This document shows positions 12,346-24,655 of a DNA stretch of 64,000 nucleotides, one piece after another. Positions within the stretch are counted from its first letter, which is position 1. Each line of letters starts with the position of its first letter. The notes below the pieces were generated by a model that searched no databases, had not been told where the DNA came from, and saw nothing but the letters and a program-made list of their open reading frames with translations. The translations under genes were made by a program, and so were the position numbers. Source of the DNA: Octopus vulgaris (lineage: Eukaryota); contig OX597816.1 in assembly GCA_951406725.2 (NCBI GenBank), positions 116,374,001 through 116,438,000 on the forward strand, in the 5' to 3' direction.

Positions 12346-13199
12346 ACGAGAAAATCTTTCTTTTTTTACTTTACTAATAGCACATACATTAGGAAAAATA
12401 ATACGCAATATTTCGATGTAAGTATGAAAACTAGCCTTCAAGAGAATTTTAAATATAATTGGCTTATTATTTTAAACTTAATCCGCAATAAATTTCAATC
12501 TATCAAAGGCGAAATCTATAGATATGATGGTATGTATATTTCCAAAAGAATTACCAACAGGTAGCCAGTAAATAAACTCCAATAAACCCCTGAAGCTATT
12601 CAATAATTTCGACTATTGGACGATAATTTAACGGCAAAAAATTCCAGCCACCAATCATGTGTTCAAGAAATCTATACACAAACACACACACTAACGCTCA
12701 TACACACATTCACATTCACATATACATGCACACATACTCTCACATACATAAATTTATGCATATTTGTGTGTACGTGCATGTATTTACGTATATAGGGAGT
12801 CGGCCAAAAGTCACCTGACACTAAATCAAAACCATTTAATTCCAAGATTTATTTATGTTTAACATCAGAATGACTTTAATAAAATCATCAAAATGTGAAA
12901 TATGAAAACAGTGTAAAATGAAGACACATTTTTCTAATTGAGTCAATACAGAATTACAGATAGTATTTATGGAATTTTGATGAGCCCTGTGTATATATAT
13001 ATATCATTTAATATACACAGGATTTAAGTGCGAGCTCCTATAAGTTCAATGCCTTTGATAATGCAATGGTCGGCTGAGGTTGTATAGCATGTCATGTATT
13101 ATCAGACTATTATTCAGGATCATCTACAGCGCGGCTACTCTCTGAGAAAAAGTAAGGAACAACTAGAAAGACGGGGAGGAAGAAAATAAAAGAAATATG

Positions 13200-16100
13200 A
13201 CACCTTATCAAACAAAAACACTCAGCTAAAATGCACAAAAGAGAATACCCATACAGTTAACTTATTTCGGGAAGAGACTGTGAACGACAAGAAACTCGAC
13301 CAAGACGAACTCAGCAATAACAAGCTGCAGCCACAATACGGACGACGAATATAAAATTCTAAAATCACAGTTTGCATCGAAGTTCAAGCAGACCTTCGCT
13401 ACTTGCATACATAAGACAATGTCCGAAAGAACAATACAAACTCTAGTCGGGGAAAAAATACCCAATGACCTGGTGTATTTGCGATTGACAAAATTGTGAA
13501 AGAACTAGCTCAAATTCAAATTCCCAGCTTTTGGACAATAAATGTCTTGCTTTATTATACTGCAGTAAACGTGCACCAATAGATGAGAGTAAAAGAGACC
13601 GTTCCAAAATATAATACTGAGCCAAAAATGAATTACCTCTCTCCAACATAACACCAACGGACTCAGGAAAAAGATAGGACAGTTGGGCATTATCATCAAA
13701 TGCAAAGCTGAATATGAATTCATGAATCACCAACTACGACTGCATGACAGATTCTCTAAATTTTATGGGAATTGCCGCAAAGAAACACTCACAGGCAAAC
13801 AAATCATCCATAAACATGATCTACGAGCGATAGGAGAAAGAATTCGTTGCAAAAAATTGCATGAACAAAAAACGATAAACTGCAAGTTAGCCCCAAACCC
13901 ATAAACTGTATATCGCAGTACGAAAGGTGATATCATCAAGGTAGTAAATGTTTATCCCCAGGAAAACTTAGAAACATTCTATCGGGGAATTTGGGATGTA
14001 AATAAAGAACACAGTCGTGATGCAGCTTGGTTAAACGAACTACGACGTGAGAATCTTCCAAAATTTATAACAACACTAGTGAAACACTTTTGACGGTTAT
14101 TATGAAACTGCAGAATTGAAGATCACTCGAAGAGTAAACTACTAGTATTAAAATAGTAAACTACTAGTATTAAAAAAAAAAATCATGTTTTGTAGGGAAA
14201 TTCTCACAGCCCTTCTTACAAATCAATGGTCGATGAGCTAGATGTACCAGATTGACTAACGGTTGCATAGACTACTATTTTCTCAAAGAACAAAGAGGCT
14301 CTTGTGGTCAAAAACTATAGGCCCTTAGCATGATTGAATGCTATATTCAAACTGTAAACAAGTTGTCTGAATTTTTACTCCAAGATCACTGCCAAACAAA
14401 TGATTTGATAAATAATGAACAGGCAAGAGGAAAGAAAGGAATCTGGGTCTGTTCTGAACAACTCCTCCTCGACAAAGCTTTCTTTAAGGAAACCAAACAA
14501 CATTGCCGTAATCTATTAACAATATGGCTACACTACAAGGCGTTCGATTCTGCGCCTCACCCATGGATGATAGAATCACTTCACCTTGCCAAAGTACCAG
14601 TTGCTAGAATGAATGTCATTGAAAGACTGACAACAACATGGTCCACACAGTTACCAATGACAACTCCTAAAGCAACACCTATTGTCAGAAACAGAATTAA
14701 AGCAACACCTATTGTCAGAAACAGAATTAAGCTTTCAATAGGTATATTCCAGGGTTACACTTTACCTGTACAACTCTGTTACGAAAATGCAAGGCTTCAT
14801 GCTGGGATATGCAGAAAAGAATAAAATTAATGTCACCTACTCCTTTTGTTGATGACTAAAGTTGTATTCTGTTAATATGAACATCAAGAGACAATTAGAA
14901 CCATTAATGTTTGGGCAAGATAAATGAAAGATTGCTTACCATAGAACATGTACATCAATGGCTTGTCTACCTCCCCTATCTCTAATGATGAAACCTATAA
15001 ATATCTCGGAATCAATGAGAATGTTACATACGTTGGTGCTGTGATTAAATCCAGAATATTAAAAGAGTAATTCTTCAGACCCCGGAAAATATGGAAGTCA
15101 GAGTTGTTTGCATTTAACAAGTCCATATCTAACAATGCTTTTACAGTGTCAGTACTAGTACCGACATTTGGGATATTGTACTGAACACTCGACGAGAGAT
15201 CCATAGTCTGGCCATCAATACTAGAAAGGTACTGACAACTTTCACATCAGCAGCCTCACCGGTAAAATCTATTGAGAGCTGAAGAGATGGCGGTAGTGGC
15301 ATAAGATCAGTCCAAACAGCTTTTGAATGTTGCATTGTATCACTCAAACAACACCCGCTGAAGGGTAATGAAAGAAATGAGTATATTACAAGCATACACA
15401 AAAATGAGAGCAACAACTTCAGAGGTGAACTTGTGAGCAGGTACTCTGAAGATACAACTGTCTCATGCGACCCTAAAGAGGCTAGAGTGACATATCTCAA
15501 AAGAAACGTGGAGGAGAAACGGCTATATTCCAGCAAAAAGCGATGCATGCGTACATATCACATAAACTAGAGGATAACAGTAGTATTTGCAGGAAGAGTA
15601 GACGCTCCTGGACCTGTTATAGATAAATTACATCCCGCCAATGATACACCTTTGCTATCCAGGAGCAGGAGACAGTTGCTAAATACCGAATAAAGAAGAC
15701 ACACTAAGATATCGCCAAAGCTCCATATTGTGATAGATGATGTCCACTCTGCAAAACCAACTGGCCTCAAATATTTACGAGATATTACCTGCTCTGAAGC
15801 TTGATATAGTTGCAAATACTATTTACAATGTATACATAAACGGCATGTCACAGCCAACATATATTCCTTTTAAAACAAAAATACTGGTGGAACACTCCAA
15901 TGAAAGCAGTAACTGTGTGCAAAAATAACAGACCTGATTTTGATCTGTGGGACAGGGAGCAAAATACATACATTGTTGTAGTGGTCAGCTTCCCTGCGGA
16001 TGTAAATGTACCATCAGCAGTCCGGGAAAAGAACATTTATTAATGCGAAACAGAGCTCTTGTAACTCTTACAATAAATTTTCATTTGTACCTATCGCGAT

Positions 16101-16330
16101 AGGTACCTACAAATTTAAACAACAACTCGTGTTATGTAAGTCGTTATTAGTATAATCCAACGATGTCCGATGGTTTGGCGACCTCCAGTGTCATTTGTTA
16201 TTTTATCTATTGAAACCACTTTGAAACGCACAGTTGCAAAGCAGAGGGGCTGAACAGTTATGTGAGAGATCATAGACGAAAGTCAGAAATACCATTGACA
16301 ACAAGGAAGCACAAGGACACATCAACTTTT
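13200..16330 (+). mobile_element. Decayed R4/Dong-clade non-LTR retrotransposon (RT plus restriction-like endonuclease), pseudogenised
   Basis: ORF 14330-14824 EQARGKKG..CSEQLLLDK...NLLTIWLHYKAFDSAPHPWMIESL; FVDD*KLY at ~14845; YKYLGI at ~14996; NRPDFDLWDREQ...VVSFPADVN at ~15927; FSFVPIAIGT at ~16078; many stops and frameshifts. Confidence 0.85.
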
Positions 16331-16393
16331 GTGAGAATGGAACGCTCACTACATATCAAGTATACTGAAGTACGTGTGTAATAATGAAAAAGA

Positions 16394-16468
<75 letters not shown>

Positions 16469-16469
<1 letters not shown>

Positions 16470-16959
16470 GAGGGGAAGCCAAAAATTATCTGCACTTTCG
16501 CCATAACATATCTTTATTATTGTCACACTGCCTTCTACGCATACATGATTATAGTTGGTGCTATTGTGATCATGTGATCTCCAACACTGGTATTGCAGAG
16601 TAAACATCTTCTATCACAACATGGAGCTTTGGCGATATCTTAGTGTGTCTTGTTTATTCGGTGGCTGAGCCTGATCGCGCCGCCAGTTTTCTTTTTGGCT
16701 TTACAGTGTAAACATGGCTGCTCCACTATCAATGTGCACCAAAGGAGAGCAAAGAGCAGTGATCCGGTTTCTCTGGTCGGAAGGTGTTTCAGGCGCTGAA
16801 ATTCATCGGAGGCTTTTAGTGCAATACGGAGACAGTGCACTACCGCGTAGAAGTGTGTATGAGTGGATCGAGAAGTTTAAAAGTGGCCTGACAATTGTGA
16901 TGCACGAGGAGGGAGTAGCACGCCCGTCAACCTCCACCACTGACGAGAAGATTCAGCAA
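16469..16959 (+). mobile_element. Mariner transposon 5' half (left TIR plus HTH DNA-binding domain)
   Basis: TA|cgaggggaagcc start; ORF 16714 MAAPLSMCTKGEQRAVIRFLWSEGVSGAEIHRRLLVQYGDSALPRRSVYEWIEKFKSG...RPSTSTTDEKI. Confidence 0.9.
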
Positions 16960-16969
16960 TATATATATT

Positions 16970-17944
16970 ATCAAGTAAGGCAGCAAGGGCACGAGCGTTG
17001 TCGTGTTGAAACATGTGATTCCGTTGACGGGCAAAGTATGACACAATGTGAGTCCTCAACACTTGTTCGATATAGCGAGCAGCGGTTACTCCATTGCTCT
17101 GGCCTTGGGCGATGTTTTGGAAGACCACCGGTTCAAGTTTCTGGTTGAGTGCAATCCCGCCCCATACCAGGATGCTCTGTTCTCCCCATGAGTCTCTCTC
17201 CACCACACAGCCATCGGCATATCGTTCACCCCTTTCTTCTCCAAACCCTAGCTCTGCCATCTGTCACAGAAATGCAATATCGACTTTCATCAGAGAAGAC
17301 TACAATCTTCTACTACTGATATCACCGGTCCTGATGGGTTTTTTTTAGCCCGCTGCGGACGTGCCTGTTGATGACGATCTGTGACGTCCTAGCCAGACGT
17401 CGACAAGACAATTTGAAAGATCTCAGCCGGTGCAGGTGACGATCTTGACGTGCCATTATAACCTTCGGCGGCCACTGCGTGGACGATCGTCCGTCACGTT
17501 TGTGACATTGTATCGTTCCCTCAGCTGCTCAGTTGTCCGAATACTGCAGTTCAGGTCATTGGCAATGACCCATGGACGTTGACCAGCATGGAGATGTCCG
17601 ATGGTTTGCTGCCTCTGATTTCGTGTCAGTGTTGGCATGCTTGCTGCGTTCGGGAAATGAGTGACAGGCTGGTAAATTTGGGTACCTTTTATACCCAATG
17701 AGTTTTTCAAGTGCATCATGCTTTGCATAAAAATGCGTTCGCAAGCATTACCATGTTTACGAAAAGTGAGCGAGTTCGAAACCTATCTGTAACCCTTATG
17801 TTTTCAAAAGAGAGTGGTGTTGTGGGTCAGTGACATCTTCCTGATGTCAAATTACCTAGAAACGTGATAAAATCCATATAATCTCAATGTTGTGTGTGAA
17901 ACAAATAAGCTTTTGCAGTGCGATGTTTCTTTTGTAATTCAGTG
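16970..17944 (-). mobile_element. Tc1-type transposon, 3'-truncated
   Basis: TA|cactgaattacaaaagaaac TIR on -; MPTLTRNQRQQTIGHLHAG...DDRPRSGR; ERYADGCVVERDSWGEQSILVWGGIA...YIEQVL...FQHDNARA. Confidence 0.9.
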
Positions 17945-17974
17945 TATATATATATATATGCAATTTTTAATTTA

Positions 17975-18041
17975 GTTCACGGACCCCAGTGCTACATTTG
18001 CGGACGACCAGGGTACGCGAACTCTAGGTTGGGGCCCACTG
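17975..18041 (-). mobile_element. Possible hAT-type transposon end fragment
   Basis: Reverse complement cagtgggccccaacc...ggggtccgtgaac resembles the CAGTGGTTCCCAACC/GGGGTCCG ends of hAT MITEs. Confidence 0.4.
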
Positions 18042-18047
18042 ATATAA

Positions 18048-18101
<54 letters not shown>

Positions 18102-18105
<4 letters not shown>

Positions 18106-18261
18106 GGAAAGTTTACGAAAATAAACAAAAGACGAAGGCAGGTGGTGTACAAACAAACAGATGTATTAGTATAGCGCTCAGGAATAGAAAAGGTCTTTTA
18201 CGTTTCGAGCCTATGCTCTTCTACAGAAAGGTACACAGAAAAAACAAGGTGAGAAACAAGG
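18102..18261 (-). mobile_element. Short Penelope pLTR-like fragment with a minimal HHR motif (18195-18230)
   Basis: Minus strand CUUU-CUGUAGA-A-GAGC-auag-GCUC-GAAAC-GUA-AAAG; lies between TA and CA arrays. Confidence 0.65.
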
Positions 18262-18371
<110 letters not shown>

Positions 18372-18704
18372 GGTATGTGTGTAAGTAAATAACTTATAGA
18401 CAATCATATTTTGTTTTACTGTCTATATATGTATATAAATGTGTGTGTGTGTGTGTATGTATGTATACATGTATGTGTGTGTATGTATATATAATAATTA
18501 ATGTAGGAAAAATTAGGAGAAACATAATTCATTGTTACCAAAGTATGTTTCAGAATTGTGGTTAAATGCATCCTCTTGTGTAGGTGTTCCACGTGCGATA
18601 ATATAAAGATACAGATAAATAAATATATATAGTGTATATATAAATATATACATGCACATAAACATATAAGTATATACTTCTGAAAGTAGGCATTTATATA
18701 TATA

Positions 18705-19020
18705 TAGGTTCATGTGTGGATGTGTGGTAAGAAGTTTGTTTCCCAGCCACATAGTTCCGGATTCAGTCCCACAGCGTGGCACCTTGGGAAAGTGGCCGCA
18801 GTCAAATGACTGAAACAAGTAAAAGAAATAAAAGAATATAAAGGCGTTGCTGTGTGATAAGCAGTTTGCATCCCGACCATATGATTCTGGGTTCAGTTTC
18901 AATGCACGCAACGTCGAGCAGGTTTCTTCTATTATAGCCTCGAGACGACCAAAGACACGTGAACGAATTTTGGAAACCGAAAGTGAAAGAAGCCCGTCGA
19001 ATGTATATATGTATATATAT

Positions 19021-19106
<86 letters not shown>

Positions 19107-19384
19107 TTGGAAGTGGATGCGTGTCTTGCCCTTACCTTCGAAACATGGAGTAGTCGAAGCATGGCCAGCTGAAGAAGGGAAATGTTCCTTGTGTTGTATG
19201 TCTTGTCTCTGTTTTTTCGTTGTTTGAAAAAGTCCGTTTCCATGTTTTTGCTTTTATGTTTTCGTTTCTCGTTGTGTTCTACGTTTTTTTTAGTGTCCTG
19301 TATCCATATATCCATGTATATATACATATAGATGTAGGTATGTACATATATGTATGTATGCATATGTTTTATATATTAATTTGT

Positions 19385-19429
<45 letters not shown>

Positions 19430-20018
19430 TGAGTGTGCGCGCGTGTGACGCGTGTGTGTGGGTATATGTGTTTGTCCCCCACCACCGCTTGACACCGGTT
19501 TGGCAAAATAGAATAACCACCAGGCTTTAATAAAAACAAAAAAGGACTGGGGTCGATTTCGTTAGCTAAAAACCAGGCAAGGCGGTGCCCTAACATAGCC
19601 GAAGTCCAGTAACTGAAGTAAATAAAAGATAGCAAATGTATATAAGCGTAGGAATAGCTATGCAGTAAGAAGCTTGCTCCCTAACCACAAGGTTCTACGT
19701 AGGGCCTTGTGCAAGTGTCTTCTACTAGAGCCTCAGACCACCAATCCTTGTGAGCGGACTTGGTTGACGGAAACTGAAAGAAGCCCTACATATATGCGTG
19801 TGTTTATCTATGTGTGTCTGCCTTTGTGTCTGTGTTTGTCCCTCCCGTCACCGCTTGACAACCGGTGTTCGTGCGTTTACGTTCCCATAAATCAGCGGTT
19901 CGGCAAAATGGACCGATAGTACTAGGCTTAAGAAATATGTTTTGTAGTCAAGACGGAGCTCCAGCATGGCTGCAGTCACATGACTGAAACAAATAAGAGA
20001 ATAAAAAATAAAAGAATA
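18705..20018 (+). mobile_element. Cluster of CORE-type SINE (family B) copies and fragments interleaved with microsatellites
   Basis: gcgtggcaccttggg, tgactgaaacaagtaaaaga tails and ccagcatggc/ggttcggcaaaa blocks at ~18705, 18842, 19465 and 19645. Confidence 0.8.
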
Positions 20019-20057
20019 CATATGTGTGTGTGTGCGTGTGTGTATTATGTATGCATT

Positions 20058-20090
<33 letters not shown>

Positions 20091-20092
<2 letters not shown>

Positions 20093-20568
20093 TCCAATCG
20101 ATGTGTTTGTTAATCTGAGGTTTTCTCCATTTTCTGATTATTTGCGTATATACTGTGTATATAATAAGAAAATAGAGAAAAGCTCAGATTAGCAAAAACA
20201 TCGATTGGACCACATTTATAGCTTATTTTTTAATACAAAGCATGACATGACACATAGGTAACATAACATATCTTACGGTCGTTTCCGATCCGTTGCCAAA
20301 ACGCTGTCTATAAATAAATGCGAGAATAAAGTTGTTCCTCTTCACAGGACATTCGAATTAAGGCACGGAGCTTCATCAGAGTAAAAACGAGAGCATACAA
20401 TATATTTGTTTCCTGATAAACTCTTATTTATCCTGTTGTTACCTGCATTCTAAGTGAATAATGTACCTGCACACCAATACCCGGGCATAACACCGGTAAC
20501 GGATACCGATAGAACATATGAATATTTTATCCCTTCGTCGGTTATTATAACCGCTAACTCTGTTTACG

Positions 20569-20570
<2 letters not shown>
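20091..20570 (-). mobile_element. TA-flanked element with a terminal hairpin (20091-20211) and an HHR-like motif with long stem II (20271-20383)
   Basis: ~50-bp inverted arms ggtccaatcgatg.../...catcgattggacc; minus strand CUGAUGA-agcUCCGUGCC...GGCAACGGAucg-GAAAC-GACC-GUA. Confidence 0.65.
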
Positions 20571-20608
<38 letters not shown>

Positions 20609-20609
20609 T

Positions 20610-20871
20610 TTCGGTGCGAATGGCTTTTTACACGGCCCCATTTTTACAATCCTGTGAATAATAATAATGGTATATTTATATAAGCTTAAAGATTGTGGCA
20701 ATCACACTATCCTCTTTTTTCTGTCGAGGGCTTATATGCCCGTTTATTAAACTATTTTCCTTAGTCTTTGCACGGTAATCGCCATAAGCTTTAAGCTTAT
20801 ATAAAAATACCATTATTATTATTTACAGGATTTACAGTGTGTGGGCGCATAAGTGCCAACGCACGAAACTC
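20610..20871. mobile_element. MITE-like element with long imperfect inverted repeats
   Basis: aatcctgtgaataataataatggtat...taagcttaaag versus ctttaagcttatataaaaataccattattattatttacaggatt; right end agtgccaacgcacgaaactc recurs at ~24515. Confidence 0.65.
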
Positions 20872-20898
20872 TTTTAGATCTGCTAAATTATATATATA

Positions 20899-22090
20899 CT
20901 AGCAGTATGACCCGTCGTTGCCGGGTCATAGCGCTAGTACATGTATATATGTGTGTATATATATATATATATGTGTACATATTACACGTACATCTCTATA
21001 TATACATCTACACATAAAAGACAAAATACAAAGTTATATCTTGATATCGCTAGTGATAACAATACTCAAAATATATAACAGACTGGAATTGTAAGCCCGT
21101 CTCTTGCAATTTCGATCAATTGTATCTTGTCCTCCCTCTTGTATAGAAGTGTGGCTACAATCCAGCCTACCTCTACTGCTATTGGAGGAGGGGGACATTT
21201 TAAATTTTTATCCGGGACGTCCTACGTCCCAGATATAAAGGTAAAAATAAAATATTTGCACTCTGCAAGTTCGAGTCGAGTATTCCCTTGCATGCTCCGT
21301 TGACTCGAACCTTACTTCTATTGTGGTGAATTTACCGCTTCTGGTTAGATATCTTTTATAGTCGCACCAAGACACTTTTCGATGGTGCTTTCCTCCATGT
21401 GTTCAAATCTTCTTTTTTCTCTACATTGTATACTTTATAGACAATAGTCTTTTCTTTAATCTAATTTTTTATTATCCATCTGGACTATTCCATTTCTGCA
21501 CGCTAATTTTATTTTTAATTTATTCCCATTCATGTGAAACCATTTATTCAAGTTCAAGTCATTGATGCAATTTTATACCAATTGCTATTTTTACTTTTGT
21601 TATGTTACGATTATATTATACTTTAGTTTAATTTTAATTATTACTTACTACATATAATTCAATTGTTATTATTATTTTTATTGTTAAAGTGAAAGTATCT
21701 GATATAAAATAGAGAAATGGGTTTTTTTTCCCTTTTAACACATAGTACTGAAATAGTGGAGAAGATATGATATTGCTATGGGCTCGCTCTAGGCAAGAAG
21801 CTGAACATTGTTTTTGCCCATGAAACTACATGGACCCTAAGTAAGGCATGTGTAAAATTTGAATGAAATTGGTTGTGTAGTTCTCAAGTTTTAGGGAATC
21901 GTAGTGGAGAAGATATGATATTGCTGTGGACTCGCCCTAGGCAAAAAGTTAAAATATTTTTTTGCCGATGACACTCCCCGGACCCTAAGTAAAGCATGTG
22001 TAAAATTTGAATGAAATTAGTTGTGTAGTTCTCAAGTTTTAGGGAAACACACAGACAGACAGACACACATTCTCAGTTTTATATATATAT
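20899..22090 (-). mobile_element. Non-autonomous Helitron-like element with an internal 148-bp tandem repeat
   Basis: 3' end CTAG with GC hairpin tatgacccg/cgggtcata (20906-20930); 5' end on - reads tatatatataaaactgagaatgtgtgtctgtctg; two copies of the repeat at 21754-22046. Confidence 0.75.
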
Positions 22091-22167
22091 ATACATACAT
22101 ACATACATACATACATTCATGCATACATACATACATACATACATACATACATACATACATACATACA

Positions 22168-22195
<28 letters not shown>

Positions 22196-22199
<4 letters not shown>

Positions 22200-22460
22200 A
22201 GAGGGATGACCACTAAGTCGATATCCATTATGCTAGAAGTAGATCCTATGGTGTTACCACGTATGTAATTACGTAGGTGGTAACAATGAAACCGGGTTTG
22301 TGATTAATCTTTACATTTTGTAACTTTTCATTTGTCTTGCTCGCTTACGTTCTGACGTTTGCTGAATTTTCTTGAGAACAATCTTTTTTTTAGTGGTAAG
22401 ACCACAGGGGGTCTACTTCTAGCATAATGGATGTCCACTTAGTGGCCATCCCTCTCTTAT
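22196..22460. mobile_element. Short element with ~60-bp terminal inverted repeats within a TACA/TA array
   Basis: gagggatgaccactaagtcgatatccattatgctagaagtaga versus tctacttctagcataatggatgtccacttagtggccatccctc. Confidence 0.8.
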
Positions 22461-22582
22461 ATATATATGTAGTATAATTTTTCTGAATCTTCAGATTTTT
22501 CAATATGCTAGGCCACTAGTTTTAAATTGATTTTAATCAAATTAATATTCAATTTTTCAGCCTTATTATTTCATATATATAT

Positions 22583-22985
22583 AGGCGCAGGAGTGGCTGT
22601 GTGGTAAGTAGCTTGTTTAACAACCACATGGTTCCGGGTTCAATCCCACTGCGTGGCACCTTGGGCAAGTGTCTTCTACTATAGCCCCGGGCCGACCAAA
22701 GCCTTGTGAGTGGATTTGGCAGACGGAAACTGAATGAAGCCCGTCGTATATATATATATATGCGTGTGTGTGTTTGCGTGTCTGTGTTTGTTCTCCTAGT
22801 ATTGCTTGACAACCGATGCTGGTGTGTTTATGTCCCCGTTACTTAGCGGTTCGGCAAAAGAGACCGATAGAATAAGTACTGGGCTTACAAAAGAATAAGT
22901 CCCGGAGTCGAGTTGCTCGATTAAAGGCGGTGCTCCAGCATGGCCGCTGTCAAATGACTGAAACAAGTAAAAGAGTAAAGAGAGT
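22583..22985 (+). mobile_element. Near full-length tRNA-derived CORE-type SINE (family B)
   Basis: A-box-like tggctgtgtgg, B-box-like ggttcaatccc, CORE-like ggcaccttgggcaagtgtctt, internal TA/TG tract, tail tgactgaaacaagtaaaagag. Confidence 0.9.
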
Positions 22986-23265
22986 ATATGTGTGTGTGTG
23001 TGTGTGTGCGTGTGTGTGTGTGTGTTTGTGTGTGTATATACATTTTATGAATTTTCTCGCCACGCATGGGTTGACAGTTTCGTGCATAGCCTTTTCTGAC
23101 ACGTGACTTGATTCTTGAGTTATGTTTGTAAAATCCCAATCAAAAAATGCAAAAATGGTATATACATACTCATATCTTGAGTACAATCTCTTCTGCGTAC
23201 ACATATATACATCTTTGTATATGTGTGTGTACATACATATGCACATATACCATATCTGTATGTAC

Positions 23266-23332
<67 letters not shown>

Positions 23333-23335
23333 CAT

Positions 23336-23392
<57 letters not shown>

Positions 23393-23770
23393 AAGATGAA
23401 AACGCACACAAATATTCTATGCAACAGGCTAAATAGTTGTTGAGAGATTTCTCTCTTAACATGACAACAGTGGTAGCCTTAACCCACAAATAAAAAAATA
23501 CTTATCCACCAATGCGGGGTTGAGCACTCATTCCCGTTCTTCGATATTAACATATACATACATATGTATTAAAAGTGAGGAAGGACAGTTTTATGGGATT
23601 AGCTTTATGGTGTATCGTCAGATCCTCAAAACCTGTTAGTCCAATATGTATGTATGTATGTGTGTATGTATGTATGTATGTATGTATGTATGTATGTACA
23701 AATATATGTGTGTGTAAGTGTGTATGTGTGTGTGCGTGTGTGTGTGTGTGTGTGTTGCAGTTTTACCTTG

Positions 23771-23932
23771 TATTCCTATATTTCGAGGTGAGGACCCCTG
23801 CTTCAGGACATTTGAAAAATGTCATTGCTCAGATATCTTTTTTTATTTACTTATTCCTATATTTCGAGGTGAGGACCCCTGCTTCAGGACATTTGAAAAA
23901 TGTCATTGCTCAGATATCTTTTTTTATTTACT
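23771..23932. repeat. Perfect 81-bp tandem duplication
   Basis: tattcctatatttcgaggtgaggacccctg...tttatttact occurs twice in tandem. Confidence 0.95.
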
Positions 23933-24034
23933 TTGTACCTTCTTGCATACTTCCTGCCTTACACAACAAATCTTTTACAGTTATACCACACATCTCTACG
24001 CTTGTGTATACAAAGGTGCGAGCCAGCGCGTGAG

Positions 24035-24074
<40 letters not shown>

Positions 24075-24075
<1 letters not shown>

Positions 24076-24448
24076 TCTTTTATTCTTTTACTTGTTTCAG
24101 CCATTTAGTCGAAGGCTTCTTTGTAAGCCTATTACTTATTTTATCGATGTTTTTTGCCGAATCGCTATGTGATGAGGGCGTAAACACACCAACATCGGTT
24201 GTCAAGCGATGGTGGGGGGATAAACACAGACACAAATAACAAACTCACACACACACATATATATATATATGTATGTATGTATGTATACGACGGGCTTCTT
24301 TCAGTTTCCGTCTACCAAATCTACTCAAAAGGCTTTGTTCGACCCGAGGCTATAATAGAAGAAACCAAAGGTGCCACGCAGTGGGATTGAACCCGGAACC
24401 ATGTAGTTGGGAAACAAGATTTTTACCACACAGCCACTTCTGCGCCTA
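24075..24448 (-). mobile_element. CORE-type SINE (family B)
   Basis: Reverse complement of the 22583 copy. Confidence 0.85.
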
Positions 24449-24655
24449 AGTATATATAGAGAGAAAGAAAGACAGACAGACAGAGAATGACTCAGTCCGA
24501 AGGTTTCGTGCCAAAGTGCCAACGCACGAAATTCTCAGACTTTGAGTCACTCTGTCACATCTGCTTGATATTGATAAAAATGTACATATACGCATATTAT
24601 GAGTTCTATTTTTCTTGCTTGCACCAACATACATATATATACGTACATATATATA

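Noticed and set aside
12792-12990. Possible Tc1/mariner MITE (…gtcggccaaaagtc / …gatgagccctg)
   Set aside because: The ends are too diverged to call a TIR pair with confidence
19106-19330. Permuted hammerhead (cttcGAAACatg...catggccagCTGAAGAaggg)
   Set aside because: The cleavage triplet would be GGC and stems I and II are not convincing; probably a dispersed repeat fragment
22583-22660. tRNA gene
   Set aside because: The A/B boxes belong to a SINE head continuous with the CORE-like body; no cloverleaf
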